Source: Acidobacteriota bacterium (lineage in GTDB: Bacteria > Acidobacteriota > Thermoanaerobaculia > Multivoradales > SZUA-115). From it: DNA of 64,000 nt. Shown here piece by piece: positions 52,301 through 62,076 of the stretch; positions within the stretch are counted from its first letter, which is position 1, and the number at the start of each line of letters is the position of its first letter. The notes under the pieces are model-generated. The model searched no databases. It was not told the origin of the DNA and was given only the letters and a program-made list of their open reading frames with translations. The translations under genes were made by a program, and so were the position numbers. The stretch lies in assembly GCA_024277255.1 (NCBI GenBank), contig JAJRVQ010000048.1:16142-80141 (forward strand), written 5' to 3'.

Positions 52301-55300
52301 TCGTCGTCGCCACCGGTGCAACTGCCGAAGACCGGGTTACCGGCGACGTTGTCATCGCCGTCCGCAAGACCGGCCGGCTGGCCGTTGAGATCGGCGTCGA
52401 CGCAACTACCCAGGTAGACACCACTACCCAAGAGGTGGGCGGCGCCGTTGCTGGCGGCGAAGGTCGGGAAGGTCGGATCGGGAGCGTCGCCGTAGTCGGC
52501 GGCGGCGCCGATGAGCACGGCGTAGTCCTCCACCTCACCATCCGAGGCCGGACCGGTAAAGGAGACGACACCATCGGTGGTGCAGCGGAAGCGGGCGAAC
52601 TGTCCGCCGGCGACGGCGCTCGCCGGCACGGCGAAGCTCAAGCTGTTGACCCCGGCCACCAAGGCTTGTCCGCCGGGGAAGAGTTCTTCCGAGGCTCCGG
52701 TCCAATCGCCGTTACCCTCGAAGTCGATCCAGGCCGAGAGGGTGCAGGCGGCCGAGGCGGTGACATCGATCGTCGCCATGCTGCCGGGAGTGAGCAGGCT
52801 GGTGAAGATCACACCGTCTTCGTCGTCGCCATGGTTGCAGCTACCGACGACCAGAGCGCCGGCCGTCCCGTCGTCGCCGAAGGCCGCGGCGTTGGGTTGG
52901 CCATCCATTTCGGAATCGACACAACTTCCCAGGTAGAGGCTACCGACCCCGTGGCTGGCCCCCGCGTTGACCGCCAAAGTCGGGAAGGTCGGATCGGGGG
53001 CATCGCCGAAGTCCAAGGGCATGCCTATCGCGACCTCATAGTCCTCGACCTCGCCGTCGGTGGCCAAGCCGTCGAACGAGACCGGCCCATCGGTGGTGCA
53101 GCGGAAGCGGGCAAAGGTGGTCCCCGGCACGGCGGACGACGGCACCGCGAAGGTCAGGTTGTTGAGCGCCGCGGCCAGCGGCTGGCCGCCGGGGAAGAGG
53201 TTTTCACCGGCGTCCAGCCAGTCACCATCAGCGTTGAAGTCGATCCATGCGGAGAGCGTGCAGTTGTCGCCCGCGACCACATCGAGGGTCGCCATGCCAC
53301 CGGCGGTCAAGGCGGAGGTGAAGCTCACCCCGTCCTCGTCGTCCTCCACGGCCATCCCCTCTTGCGGCTGGAAGCCGGCGCACTGGCCGAGAACCGTACC
53401 GCCCAGGCCCAGGTCATCGCCGTCGGCCGCCGCTGAGGGCTGGCCATCGAGTTCGCTGTCCACACAACTACCGAGGAAGACGAAGCTGCCGGGGACCAGC
53501 ACGTGCGCCGCTCCCTGGTTGGCCAGCAAGGTCGGGAAGTTGGGATCGGGGGCGTCGCCGAAGTCCAGATCGCCGAGGGTGATCTGGTAGTCCTCGACCT
53601 CGCCGTCCGAAGCCAGTCCGGTAAAGGAGACAAGACCATCGGTGGTGCAGCGGAAACGGGCGAAGGTGGCCCCGGGAACCGCCGACACTGGTACCGGGAA
53701 GGTGAGAGCGTTACCGGCCACGCCGGGGAGGATCGCCTGCCCGCCGGGGAAGAGATCTTCACCGGCACCCGCCCAGTCGCCGTTGCCGTCGAAGTCGATC
53801 CATGCGGAGAGCGTGCACGCCTCGTTGGCGCGCACGGTGATGCGACCGGTGCTGCCGGCCACCAGCGTGTTGTCGAAGACAACTCCGTCTTCATCATCCC
53901 CGTTGGCACAGGGTCCGAAGACCGGACCGGTGATCGCCAAATCGTCGCCATCGGCGGCGGCGGAGGATTGGCCATCGGCATCGGCATCGACGCAGAAGCC
54001 GAGATAGACACCGCTGCCCAGAGTGTGACGGGCGCCATCGTCGATCAACAAGGTCGGATAGATCATGCCCGGCGCATCGCCGAAGTCCTCCACCGAGCCG
54101 ATCGTCACCCGGTAGTCCTCGACCTCGCCATCCGTCGCCTGACCGGTGAAGGAAAGCGCCCCATCGGTGGTGCAACGGAAGCGGGCATAGGTCGGACCGG
54201 TGACCGCGGCGGCCGGAACCGTAATGGTCAGCGCGTTGCCACCCACCACCAGCGACTGGCCACCGGGGAAGAGCTCGTCGTCGATCTCGTCCCAGTCTCC
54301 GTCAGCGTTGAAGTCGATCCAGCCACTGAGGACGCAAGGCGCGTTGGCGATGACGTTCAACCCTGCCGTCGCACCGGCGACCAAACCGGTAGTGAAAACG
54401 ACCCCGTCTTCGTCGTCACCACCGGAGCAGTTGCCCATGGTCACGGTTCCCGCGGCGAGGTCGTCACCGTCAGCGTTCGCCGCCGGCTGGCCATCGCCTT
54501 CGGCGTCGATACAGGCTCCGAGGAAGACCTGACCACCCAGCAGATGGCTGGCACCGCCATTGGCGACGAGGGTCGGATAGGTCGGATCGGGAGCATCGCC
54601 GAAGTCCAGGCCGGTGATCTTCACCGCGTGATCTTCAACCTCGCCGTCCGAAGCCTGGCCGGTGACATCCACCGCGCCGTCGCTGGTACAGCGGAAGCGG
54701 CTCACCGTGTCGCCGGCGATCGCGCCGGTCGGCACCGCGAAGGTAAGACTGTTGAGCCCCGCCGCCAGGGCGACGCCGCCGGGGAAGAGATCCTCACCAC
54801 TGCCGCTCCAATCGCCATTGCCGTCGAAGTCGACCCAGGCGGAGAGCGTACAAGTGGCTGAAGAGGTGACATCGACGCTGGCCATCGAGCCGGCGACCAG
54901 CAGGCTGGTGAAAGTGACACCGTCTTCGTCGTCGTTGCCGACGCAGGTGCCGAACGCCGGTGAGCCGGCAACCAGGTCGTCCCCGGTGACCATCGCGTTG
55001 GGCTGACCATCGGTCTCCGGGTCGACACAGGAACCCAGGAAGAGTCCGCTACCCAGTAGATGGCTGGCGCCGTTGTTGGCCGCCAGGGTCGGGTAGGTGG
55101 GATCGGGAGCGTCACCGAAGTCGGCCAACGTACCGATGGTGACTACATAGTCTTCAACCTCACCATCCGAGGCCTGGCCAACAAAGCCGGCCGATTCATC
55201 GGTGGTGCAGCGAAAACGGGCGCCGCTGGAGCCCGCCGCCGCCCCCGCCGGCACACTGAACGACAAATTGTTGGTTCCGGCGGTCAAGGCCATGCCGCCG

Positions 55301-56277
55301 GGGAAGAGATTCTCGTCGGCGGCAAACCAGAATCCGTTGCCGTTGAAATCGATCCAGGCGAACAGCGTACAAGGAGCATTGGCCACGACGTCGAAGGTCG
55401 CCATCTGGCCGGCGATGAGCGGGCTAGTGAAGGTGACTCCGTCCTCGTCATCGCCATCGACGCAGGTACCAAAAACGGTGAGGCTGGTGGCGAGATCGTC
55501 GCTGTCGGCAGCGGCGCTGTTCACCCCGTCACTTTCCGCGTCGACGCAGGATCCCAAGTAGACGGTACTTCCGAGAAGATGGCGCGCACCGTTGGCGGCC
55601 AACGTCACCGGCAAAAAGAAGGGGGCATCACCGAAATCGATCGGCGGCGGCGGGACGGTTATGGTCACCGCGTAGTCCTCCACCTCGCCGTCCGAGGCCA
55701 GGCCGGTGAATCCAACCGGTCCATCCGTGGTGCAACGGAAACGGGCGAAGGTGCTGCCGACTTCCGCCGCGACTGGCACGGGAAAACTCAGCGTCGTGGT
55801 GCCTAAGTTGAGGAACTGACCCCCGGGAAAAAGTTCGTCACCGGCGTCGGCCCAGCTGCCATCGGCGCCAAAGTCGATCCAGGCGGACAAGGTACACGCA
55901 TCGTCGACGGTGACGGCGATCTGCGCGTTGACTCCCTGGGCGAGCGCGGTGACGAAGACCACCCCGTCTTCGTCGTCCGTGCCACAGGTGCCGATCGCCG
56001 GGCTACCCACATTGATGTCATCGCCATCGGCATTCATCGAGGCCAGTCCATCCGCTTCGGCATCGACACAGGTACCGAGATGGACTCGACTACCGGCGAG
56101 CACCACGTGGCGAGCACCGTCGCTAGCCAACAGTGTCGGATAGGTCGGATCAGGAGCATCGCCGAAGTCGAGGGCGATCTGCGCCAAGGCACTGCCGGAG
56201 GCCATCCCCCAGAGCAATACCGAAAGACCGGACCAGCGAAACAGTGTGCGCAAGCGCAACAACCGGATGCACGACAT
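49378..56277 (-). CDS. Giant secreted repeat protein: 9 GEVED-type repeats, 3 DUF11 domains, C-terminal IFSDGFESG motif
   Basis: AAGGAG RBS; signal peptide ALA-Q; 9x D(F/Y/L)GDAP...DDEDGV.F...W(I/V)DF..DG.W...ARFRCTTDG...DGEVED(Y/H); 3x ADL(S/T)..K.DSVDPV. Confidence 0.88.
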   Translation of the reverse strand: MSCIRLLRLRTLFRWSGLSVLLWGMASGSALAQIALDFGDAPDPTYPTLLASDGARHVVLAGSRVHLGTCVDAEADGLASMNADGDDINVGSPAIGTCGTDDEDGVVFVTALAQGVNAQIAVTVDDACTLSAWIDFGADGSWADAGDELFPGGQFLNLGTTTLSFPVPVAAEVGSTFARFRCTTDGPVGFTGLASDGEVEDYAVTITVPPPPIDFGDAPFFLPVTLAANGARHLLGSTVYLGSCVDAESDGVNSAAADSDDLATSLTVFGTCVDGDDEDGVTFTSPLIAGQMATFDVVANAPCTLFAWIDFNGNGFWFAADENLFPGGMALTAGTNNLSFSVPAGAAAGSSGARFRCTTDESAGFVGQASDGEVEDYVVTIGTLADFGDAPDPTYPTLAANNGASHLLGSGLFLGSCVDPETDGQPNAMVTGDDLVAGSPAFGTCVGNDDEDGVTFTSLLVAGSMASVDVTSSATCTLSAWVDFDGNGDWSGSGEDLFPGGVALAAGLNSLTFAVPTGAIAGDTVSRFRCTSDGAVDVTGQASDGEVEDHAVKITGLDFGDAPDPTYPTLVANGGASHLLGGQVFLGACIDAEGDGQPAANADGDDLAAGTVTMGNCSGGDDEDGVVFTTGLVAGATAGLNVIANAPCVLSGWIDFNADGDWDEIDDELFPGGQSLVVGGNALTITVPAAAVTGPTYARFRCTTDGALSFTGQATDGEVEDYRVTIGSVEDFGDAPGMIYPTLLIDDGARHTLGSGVYLGFCVDADADGQSSAAADGDDLAITGPVFGPCANGDDEDGVVFDNTLVAGSTGRITVRANEACTLSAWIDFDGNGDWAGAGEDLFPGGQAILPGVAGNALTFPVPVSAVPGATFARFRCTTDGLVSFTGLASDGEVEDYQITLGDLDFGDAPDPNFPTLLANQGAAHVLVPGSFVFLGSCVDSELDGQPSAAADGDDLGLGGTVLGQCAGFQPQEGMAVEDDEDGVSFTSALTAGGMATLDVVAGDNCTLSAWIDFNADGDWLDAGENLFPGGQPLAAALNNLTFAVPSSAVPGTTFARFRCTTDGPVSFDGLATDGEVEDYEVAIGMPLDFGDAPDPTFPTLAVNAGASHGVGSLYLGSCVDSEMDGQPNAAAFGDDGTAGALVVGSCNHGDDEDGVIFTSLLTPGSMATIDVTASAACTLSAWIDFEGNGDWTGASEELFPGGQALVAGVNSLSFAVPASAVAGGQFARFRCTTDGVVSFTGPASDGEVEDYAVLIGAAADYGDAPDPTFPTFAASNGAAHLLGSGVYLGSCVDADLNGQPAGLADGDDNVAGNPVFGSCTGGDDEDGVVFTSVLAAGGTATIDVTASAACTLAGWIDFSGDGDWMDAGEDIFPGGQALVAGVNSLTFPVPASVAVGDTFARFRCTTDGAVNFLGVASDGEVEDYVVTLGQALDLGDAPDPTYPTFIFNNGASHILGSGVFLGSCVDGEGVGLPTAAADGDDTVAGNPIFGSCAGGDDEDGVTFTSVIVAGQMASVDVVASAACTLSAWIDFAGDGSWAEAGDDIFPGGQILAAGTNSLSFPVPVGEVASPTFARFRCTTDGAVGFTGQATDGEVEDYRVTAFTAVADLSVTKADSVDPVIAGNNLTYTVTVANAGPSAAMNVAVTDTLPAGVTFVSTSGCAEDPVGIAVCSLGTIAASSSKQYTITVTVDSATLGTITNTASVTSSTPLINTGDDTAMEDTMVIAEADLTITKSDSVDPVVAGTALSYTVTVQNNGPSDAAGVAVADTLPAGVTFVSTTGCAEDPAGVPTCTLGALVAGASAQYTIMVTVDPATLGTITNMASVTASTTLINTGDDSVSEQTMVNAQADLSVAKTDSVDPVASGGTIIYTIDVTNSGPSVAANVVATETLPAGVTLVATAGCAEDPNGVPACSLGNLAPGAMVQYTVEVTVDAGTPSGTLTNSVTVSSDAFDPISSNDTATEDTQLDADPPTVTLVNSINDTGDGVLEECEEARTSINRLLVTFSEPVQDPAGDSDPDDVTNPANYLLLAAGADEDFSTAVCGPPAGDDVVISIAGVTYDDVTFTATLDLGGILGDSLYRLLTCGSTSIRDLAGNPLDGDGDGTGGDDFIRTYRVERTNLLLNGHFDCTIDSWVTVSAIPGEIGYSAEDFDGSSVSGSAAVTNLGGSTDFSIGQCTNLIGGGLCTLTGAVKVQAAGGVLLGVSKVCEYFTLPGCGGASLGFDQDLSLLFDTGGLWQDVQLITPPPTAAASALCSFDIRTATGENFDLFLDQAILTCTQPIFSDGFESGDTSAWSSVVP

Positions 56278-56626
56278 AGCAATCTCCTTGGGCCTCATTC
56301 GAGTCGGGTCGTCACCTTGACGGATTCTGCAGCTTCTCTGAGTAGTGATATCTGCAGGGAGACCATTTCTCCTCCACCATGGTCTGTGGGCGTACTCTTC
56401 GCCGCCCCAACCAGCCAGGCAAGACTCACAACATTCGACGCAGCAGACTCAACTCGCTGGTGAGCCTTCCTGTGCAGTGATTGACACTGATTGTACACCA
56501 TAGCCTTCACCTAAATTCGCACACTTCGCCTTACTATTCATTGATAGAAAATTCGGTAACAATCTTGCGTCGTCACAGGCTACGACCCCAATCCGGCAGC
56601 CCGCCGTCTGCTAACCTGCCCGCCCT

Positions 56627-57859
56627 ATGAGTGAGCCAGCCAACCCCATCACTTTTCCGCCCGTCGATGAGCAGATGGCGCTGCTATCTCGCGGTGTCGT
56701 CGACCTGGTGGATCCCGACCAGTTGCGTTCGAAGCTGGAGCGTTCCCGCCGGCAAGGCAAGCCGCTGACCATCAAAGCCGGCTTCGACCCTTCGACCCCC
56801 GATCTGCACCTCGGCCATACGGTCTTGCTGCGCAAAATGCGCCATTTTCAGCAGCTCGGCCATCGGGTCATTTTCTTGATCGGCGACTTTACCGGCATGA
56901 TCGGTGATCCCACGGGCAAGAAGACGACCCGTCCCCAACTCACCCACGAGCAGGTCGAGGCCAACGCCGCCACCTACCAGCGCCAGGTCTTCAAGGTGCT
57001 CGACAGCGAAAAGACGGTGGTCGACTTCAACAATCGGTGGTTGGGAAAGCTGGGCGCCGCCGGCATCGTGCGGCTGGCCGGCAGCTACACCCTGGCTCGC
57101 ATGATGGAGCGCGACGACTTCCGCAAGCGGTACAAGAACAACGAACCGATCGCCCTACACGAACTCCTCTACCCACTGGTCCAAGGCTACGACTCGGTGG
57201 CGCTCGAAGCCGATGTGGAATTGGGCGGCCACGATCAGATCTTCAATCTGTTGGTCGGTCGCAACCTGATGCGCGACCGCGGCATGGAGCCGCAGGTGGT
57301 GCTCACCGTTCCCTTGCTGGTGGGAACGGACGGCAGCGAGAAAATGTCCAAGAGCCTGGGCAACGCCATCGCCCTCGAAGATGCGCCGCGCGAGGTCTAC
57401 GGCAAAGCGATGTCCATACCGGACGAGTTGATGTGGGACTGGTTCCTTCTGCTCACCGACCTGAGTGAGAGTGAACTGGCCGAGAAGAGGCGCCGGTGCG
57501 AGGCCGGCGAGCTGCACCCCAAGCAACTCAAGCAGCAACTCGCCCACCAACTGGTCGCCGACTATCACGGCCAACAAGCCGCCGAGGAGGCACAACGCGA
57601 GTTCGACACCGTTTTCGCCAAGGGCGGAATCCCGGATGAGATGGCGGAGTTCAAACTCAGCGTGATGCCCCTGGCCAAGCAGCTCACCGCCGCCGAGTTG
57701 GCCACCAGCAACAGCGAAGCGCGCCGACTGATCCGCCAAGGCGCCGTCTCGATCGATGGTGAGAAGGCGACCGACGCCTTTCTCGAACTGGCCAGCCGCG
57801 AGGAACCCTACCTGTTGAAGGTCGGCAAGCGCCGTTTCGCCCGCCTGAGAATTGGCTGA
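56627..57859 (+). CDS. tyrS: Tyrosine--tRNA ligase
   Basis: [37 protein letters not shown]-terminal S4 ([20 protein letters not shown]). Confidence 0.97.
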   Translation: MSEPANPITFPPVDEQMALLSRGVVDLVDPDQLRSKLERSRRQGKPLTIKAGFDPSTPDLHLGHTVLLRKMRHFQQLGHRVIFLIGDFTGMIGDPTGKKTTRPQLTHEQVEANAATYQRQVFKVLDSEKTVVDFNNRWLGKLGAAGIVRLAGSYTLARMMERDDFRKRYKNNEPIALHELLYPLVQGYDSVALEADVELGGHDQIFNLLVGRNLMRDRGMEPQVVLTVPLLVGTDGSEKMSKSLGNAIALEDAPREVYGKAMSIPDELMWDWFLLLTDLSESELAEKRRRCEAGELHPKQLKQQLAHQLVADYHGQQAAEEAQREFDTVFAKGGIPDEMAEFKLSVMPLAKQLTAAELATSNSEARRLIRQGAVSIDGEKATDAFLELASREEPYLLKVGKRRFARLRIG

Positions 57860-57877
57860 ACGGCTACAATCAAGCCC

Positions 57878-58882
57878 ATGTTGACCTGGGCCTTGATTCT
57901 CGCCTCCACCCTCAGCCTGAACTCACCCCCCGCCGAGGCCTTCCGGCTCACCACCACGGCCTTCGGTCGGGAGGTGCTTCTGGAGGTCCACGGACCGCAG
58001 CGAGAGGAGGCCAAGGTCGCGCTGTCGGCGGCACTCGCCGAGATGCGAGCCATCGAGCGTCTGACCGACCCCGACGGGACCGAGCCCGGCGGCCTGGGTC
58101 AACTCAACCGGGCCGCCGGCGACGGCCAGGTCGAGATCGATTCCAGGCTGGGCGAGATTCTCCACCGAGCCGCTGATTTTTGTCAGTGGTCCGAGGGTGC
58201 CTACGGCCCGCTGGGCGGCCAGCTCAATGCCTTGTGGCACCGCGGCGACGACGGCCTCGACGATCCAGCGACCTCGACGCAGCTACCGGCGGCCGTCGCC
58301 AGTAGTCGATGTGGGCTGCTGATCCTCACTGAAGAGGGGCTCAAGGCCGAGTTGGCGGAGGGCACCCGCGCCGATTTGTTCGGCTTCTCCGCCGGCTTCG
58401 CCGTCGACCGAGCGGCGGCCATCCTCGGCCTCCACGGCATCACCAACGGTACCGTCTCTCTCGGCTCGGTGAGCCGCAGTTTCGGACCGGGCGCCGACGG
58501 CCGTGGATGGCTCGTGCCGCTTCCCGCGCTGGCTCAGCTCGGTGAGGCGCCGAACAGCCTATGGCTACTCGACCGCGCAATCGCGGTAGCGGCTGTCGAC
58601 GATCTCGACCTCTTCTCCGCCGGCCACCGTGTCGCCCCGTACATTCACCACCGCAAAGGGCTCCCCGCCAAAGGGATCTTGGCGGTGTTGGTATCGACCG
58701 AGTTGGCCATCGATTCCCAAGGGCTGGCCAGCTGCCTGTTCGTCAGCGGTAGTCACGACGGCCAGATGCACCTCGGTTCCCTCAAGCCGGCTCCCGCCGT
58801 GCGCTGGCTGCTGGGGCAAGGCAGCGGTAATCCCCTGGTGGTCGATTATCACTGGACCGACATCTCGCGCGGCAGCCGGTAG
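57878..58882 (+). CDS. ApbE-like (FAD:protein FMN transferase fold) protein, divergent active site
   Basis: Signal peptide; AFG..V.L.V, LNRAAG, SEGAY...G.L..LW, DL.G...GFAVD, FGP..DGRGW.V; catalytic motifs altered. Confidence 0.7.
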   Translation: MLTWALILASTLSLNSPPAEAFRLTTTAFGREVLLEVHGPQREEAKVALSAALAEMRAIERLTDPDGTEPGGLGQLNRAAGDGQVEIDSRLGEILHRAADFCQWSEGAYGPLGGQLNALWHRGDDGLDDPATSTQLPAAVASSRCGLLILTEEGLKAELAEGTRADLFGFSAGFAVDRAAAILGLHGITNGTVSLGSVSRSFGPGADGRGWLVPLPALAQLGEAPNSLWLLDRAIAVAAVDDLDLFSAGHRVAPYIHHRKGLPAKGILAVLVSTELAIDSQGLASCLFVSGSHDGQMHLGSLKPAPAVRWLLGQGSGNPLVVDYHWTDISRGSR

Positions 58883-58884
58883 CC

Positions 58885-59322
58885 TTACTTTTCGGCGCAG
58901 CCGGTGCACAACCCTTGGATCTGGAGGTTGTGCCGAGCCGGCACAAAGCCATGCGCACGGCAGATCTCCGCCTGCATAGCGGCGATCCCGGGGCTGACGA
59001 ACTCGACCACCCGGCCGCAGCGCGTGCAGACGAGGTGGTCGTGCTCCTGCCCGGCGTGGATATGCTCGAAAAGATAGCGGTTGCGCCCCAACCGATGCTT
59101 GCGCACGAGGCCACATTCGACCATCAGGTCAAGATTGCGGTAGACGGTGGCACGCGAGATCTTCATGCCGTTGTGCTGCATGGCCTCCAGCAGGCAGTCC
59201 GCATCGATGTGCTGGTGCTGGTCATAGATTTCATCGAACAGCGCCAACCGCTCCTGGGTCACCCGCATCCCACGCCCTCGTAGGAAGCGAAGAAACTGAT
59301 CGCGTTCGGGCAGATGTGCCAT
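58885..59322 (-). CDS. fur: Fur-family transcriptional regulator
   Basis: RVTQER, H.HIDAD, ISRATVYRNL, HDHLVCTRCG, C-terminal CTGC; metal specificity (Fur/Zur/PerR) not resolved. Confidence 0.9.
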   Translation of the reverse strand: MAHLPERDQFLRFLRGRGMRVTQERLALFDEIYDQHQHIDADCLLEAMQHNGMKISRATVYRNLDLMVECGLVRKHRLGRNRYLFEHIHAGQEHDHLVCTRCGRVVEFVSPGIAAMQAEICRAHGFVPARHNLQIQGLCTGCAEK

Positions 59323-59352
59323 GTGGAATCGCTCCCGCCGGGTTGACTTTAC

Positions 59353-59367
59353 TGAGACACTATCTCA
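59353..59367. promoter_or_regulatory. Candidate Fur box (7-1-7)
   Basis: TGAGACA-C-TATCTCA, adjacent to a minus-strand -10 TAAAGT (59351-59346) upstream of fur. Confidence 0.6.
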
Positions 59368-59470
59368 AGACTCGAGAAGGTTCCCGGACGGTCACCGTCC
59401 GCTGGGTCAACAGCCCTCCACCCCGCCGAGCTCTGCTCAGCCGCGACCTCTGTGATAGAAAACGATCGAT

Positions 59471-59803
59471 ATGGTGTCGACCGACGGCTCCAGTGGCGAT
59501 AAGCCCACAGACTCACCAGCACCGCGCCGCGACCGCCGGCGGCTGCGTTCATTGCCGCTGCTGCCGCGCATCGCCATCTTCGTGGGTGGCTGGACGCTGA
59601 TCCTCATCGGTGTCGCCGGGCTGTTCCTCCCCGGCATCCAAGGCATCGCCTCGATTCTTGCCGGCGCCGCCTTGCTGTCGTTGATCAGCGAGTTGATCTT
59701 CAACCTCCTCGGCCGCCTGATGCAGCGCTGGCCCAAACGGTGGAGGAAGATCCAGGCGGCACGCCTCAAGCTCTACCGCCGGCTCAGCCGACGATTCCGC
59801 TAG
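59471..59803 (+). CDS. PGPGW-like small membrane protein
   Basis: GW.LILIGVAGLFLPGIQGI.SILAG.ALLS..SE pattern, basic C-terminus. Confidence 0.7.
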   Translation: MVSTDGSSGDKPTDSPAPRRDRRRLRSLPLLPRIAIFVGGWTLILIGVAGLFLPGIQGIASILAGAALLSLISELIFNLLGRLMQRWPKRWRKIQAARLKLYRRLSRRFR

Positions 59804-59967
59804 TGAACCGGCGAATCGGGTAGCACGGCGCGGGCAGTAGCCACACACCAGATTAGCCCGCCGCCGCCCAAATGGGTAGCCAGGGCCACCCCGCGGGGTG
59901 TTGTCGCTGTCCCGACAACACGAAACCCTGGTGCAATCAGCAACTATCACCATTGAGGGGCACCGAC

Positions 59968-62076
59968 ATGCCACAAGATGAGCGCTCTGTTCGTACCGGT
60001 TGGGTTTCGGCGCTGTCGCGCCTCATCCTGGCCGCTCTCGTCTTCGAAACCATCACCGGCTTGGTGATCACCTTCGCCACCTTCCACGCGGCCGTCCAGT
60101 GGACGGTACTCATTCACACGGCGATCGGGCTGGTCGCGCTGATCCCGCTGACCTGGTATCTGTTCGCCCACTGGCTCGACTACAAGCGCTACAGCATGTC
60201 GGACTCCGTGCTGCTCGGCTACGTCGGCGGCATCGCTCTGTTGCTGTGCGCCGTATCCGGTCTGGTGGTGACTTGGCAGGGCGCTTTCGGCATTCGCATG
60301 TCGCCTCTATGGCGCAACATTCACCTCTATTCGACCTTCGCCATGCTGGCGGCCAGCCTGCCCCATGCGCTTCTGGTCTATTTCCGCTACGGCGCCAAGC
60401 GGGGGTCTCTGCACGCCGGAGGTCTCCTGGCCCGGATCGGTGGCTGGGCGGTACTGGGTGTGGCGGTGATCGCCGGGTTGACGATGGCCTACGGCGGCAA
60501 TCGGTACGTCAACGAGTTCCCGGAGGACTACAACTATCTCTACGGCGAAGATCGGCCTTTCGCGCCGAGCTTGGCGACAACGGTGACCGGTGGTGCTCTG
60601 GACGCCGAATCTCTGGCCGGCTCGGAGTCCTGCGGCACGACCAGCTGCCATACCCAGATCGCCGCGGAGTGGAAGGTCAGCGCCCATCGCTGGTCGGCGA
60701 TGGATCCCTTCTTCCAGAAGGTGCAGAGTGTCATGGCGGAACAGAACGGACCGGAGTCGACACGCTACTGCGGCGGCTGTCACGACCCGATATCACTCTT
60801 CTCGGGCACCAAGAACATCCTCGTTGAAGATCTCACCGGGCTCCATGGTTTCCAGGAGGGTGTCTCTTGCTTGAGCTGCCATGCCGTGCGTGAAACCGAC
60901 CTCCAGGGCAACGCCAACTACGTCATGTCGCAGCCCACCAGCTACCTCTGGCAATGGAGTTCGCAGCGACCGGCGAAGGCGGTGAGCGACTTCCTCATTC
61001 GCACCTATCCGGACGAACACGCCAAGCTCTCCAAGCGCGTCTACAAGGCCCCTGAGTACTGCGCGGCCTGCCACAAGCAGTTCATCGACGAGGAGGTCAA
61101 CCGGGTCGGTTGGGTACAGCTGCAGAATCAATACGACAACTGGAAGGCCAGCCACTGGTTCACCGAGGGCGACCCGACGAAGACCATCGAGTGCCGCGAG
61201 TGCCACATGCCGTTGGTGGCTTCGACCGACCCGGCGGCGGGGGACTCCACGGACTACAACCGCACCCCGTCGGATGGCATGCACCGCAGCCATCGCTTCC
61301 TGGGCGCCAACAGCATGGTGCCGGCGATGTTGAAGCTCGACGGCTGGGAGAAGCAACGACAGCTGACCGAGCAGTGGTTGCGGGGCACCTTCGCGGTGCC
61401 GGAGATCGCCGAGAAATGGCGTGAGGGGCCGGTGGTCCAAATGGCGCTCGACGTACCGGACAGCGCGACTCCTGGCGAAAAGATTCCGCTGCGGCTCATT
61501 CTCACCGCCAACAAGGTCGGCCACGACTTCCCGACCGGACCGCTCGACATCATCCAGAGTTGGGTCGAATTGCACGTCTACGACCCCGCGGGCGAGGAGA
61601 TCTTCTCCTCCGGCACGGTGGACGAGAATCATTTCATCGAGCCCGGGAGCTTCCTGTTCAAGGCCGAACCGGTGGATCAATACGGCAATCTCATCGACCG
61701 CCACAATCTCTGGGAGATGGTCGGAGTCCGCTTCCGCCGCGCCATCTTCCCCGGCTATTCCGACACCGTCGAGTACATGGTCGATTGCCCAACCGCGGTG
61801 ATGCCGGGTCGAGGTCCGGCGCGTATCAAAGGGGAAGACGAACTGCGCGAGGTCGAGTTCGAAGTACCACCGGGAGGCGGTGAGTACCGGGTGGTCGCCT
61901 CCTTGCTCTACAGGAAGGTCGACCAGTACCTGGTCAACTTCATGCTCGGCGACGACTCGGGCATCACGGCTCCGGTGGTCGAGATGAACCGGGTCGAGGC
62001 GACCTTCGGCGTCGGCGGTCAGCAGGCCCAGCTGGCACCGCGCTCGGGTGACCCGGCAGCCACCGCCGCGAAATGA
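59968..62076 (+). CDS. Membrane-anchored multiheme cytochrome c (c554-like) with N-terminal His-containing TM domain
   Basis: CGTTSCH, CGGCH, CLSCH, CAACH, CRECH; W..SAH, GHDFPTG; about five TM helices with four His; GAGGGG RBS before the ATG at 59968. Confidence 0.85.
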   Translation: MPQDERSVRTGWVSALSRLILAALVFETITGLVITFATFHAAVQWTVLIHTAIGLVALIPLTWYLFAHWLDYKRYSMSDSVLLGYVGGIALLLCAVSGLVVTWQGAFGIRMSPLWRNIHLYSTFAMLAASLPHALLVYFRYGAKRGSLHAGGLLARIGGWAVLGVAVIAGLTMAYGGNRYVNEFPEDYNYLYGEDRPFAPSLATTVTGGALDAESLAGSESCGTTSCHTQIAAEWKVSAHRWSAMDPFFQKVQSVMAEQNGPESTRYCGGCHDPISLFSGTKNILVEDLTGLHGFQEGVSCLSCHAVRETDLQGNANYVMSQPTSYLWQWSSQRPAKAVSDFLIRTYPDEHAKLSKRVYKAPEYCAACHKQFIDEEVNRVGWVQLQNQYDNWKASHWFTEGDPTKTIECRECHMPLVASTDPAAGDSTDYNRTPSDGMHRSHRFLGANSMVPAMLKLDGWEKQRQLTEQWLRGTFAVPEIAEKWREGPVVQMALDVPDSATPGEKIPLRLILTANKVGHDFPTGPLDIIQSWVELHVYDPAGEEIFSSGTVDENHFIEPGSFLFKAEPVDQYGNLIDRHNLWEMVGVRFRRAIFPGYSDTVEYMVDCPTAVMPGRGPARIKGEDELREVEFEVPPGGGEYRVVASLLYRKVDQYLVNFMLGDDSGITAPVVEMNRVEATFGVGGQQAQLAPRSGDPAATAAK

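Noticed and set aside
51478-56169. Periodic DNA repeats as a CRISPR array or DGR template/variable repeats
   Set aside because: They are ~525-bp in-frame protein repeats with synonymous divergence; no spacers, cas genes or reverse transcriptase.
56300-56600. AT-richer region with CAGTG-N5-CACTG palindrome upstream of the giant protein, and ORF 56295-56510
   Set aside because: Probably a regulatory region, but the palindrome is too short to call and the ORF has no coding signature.
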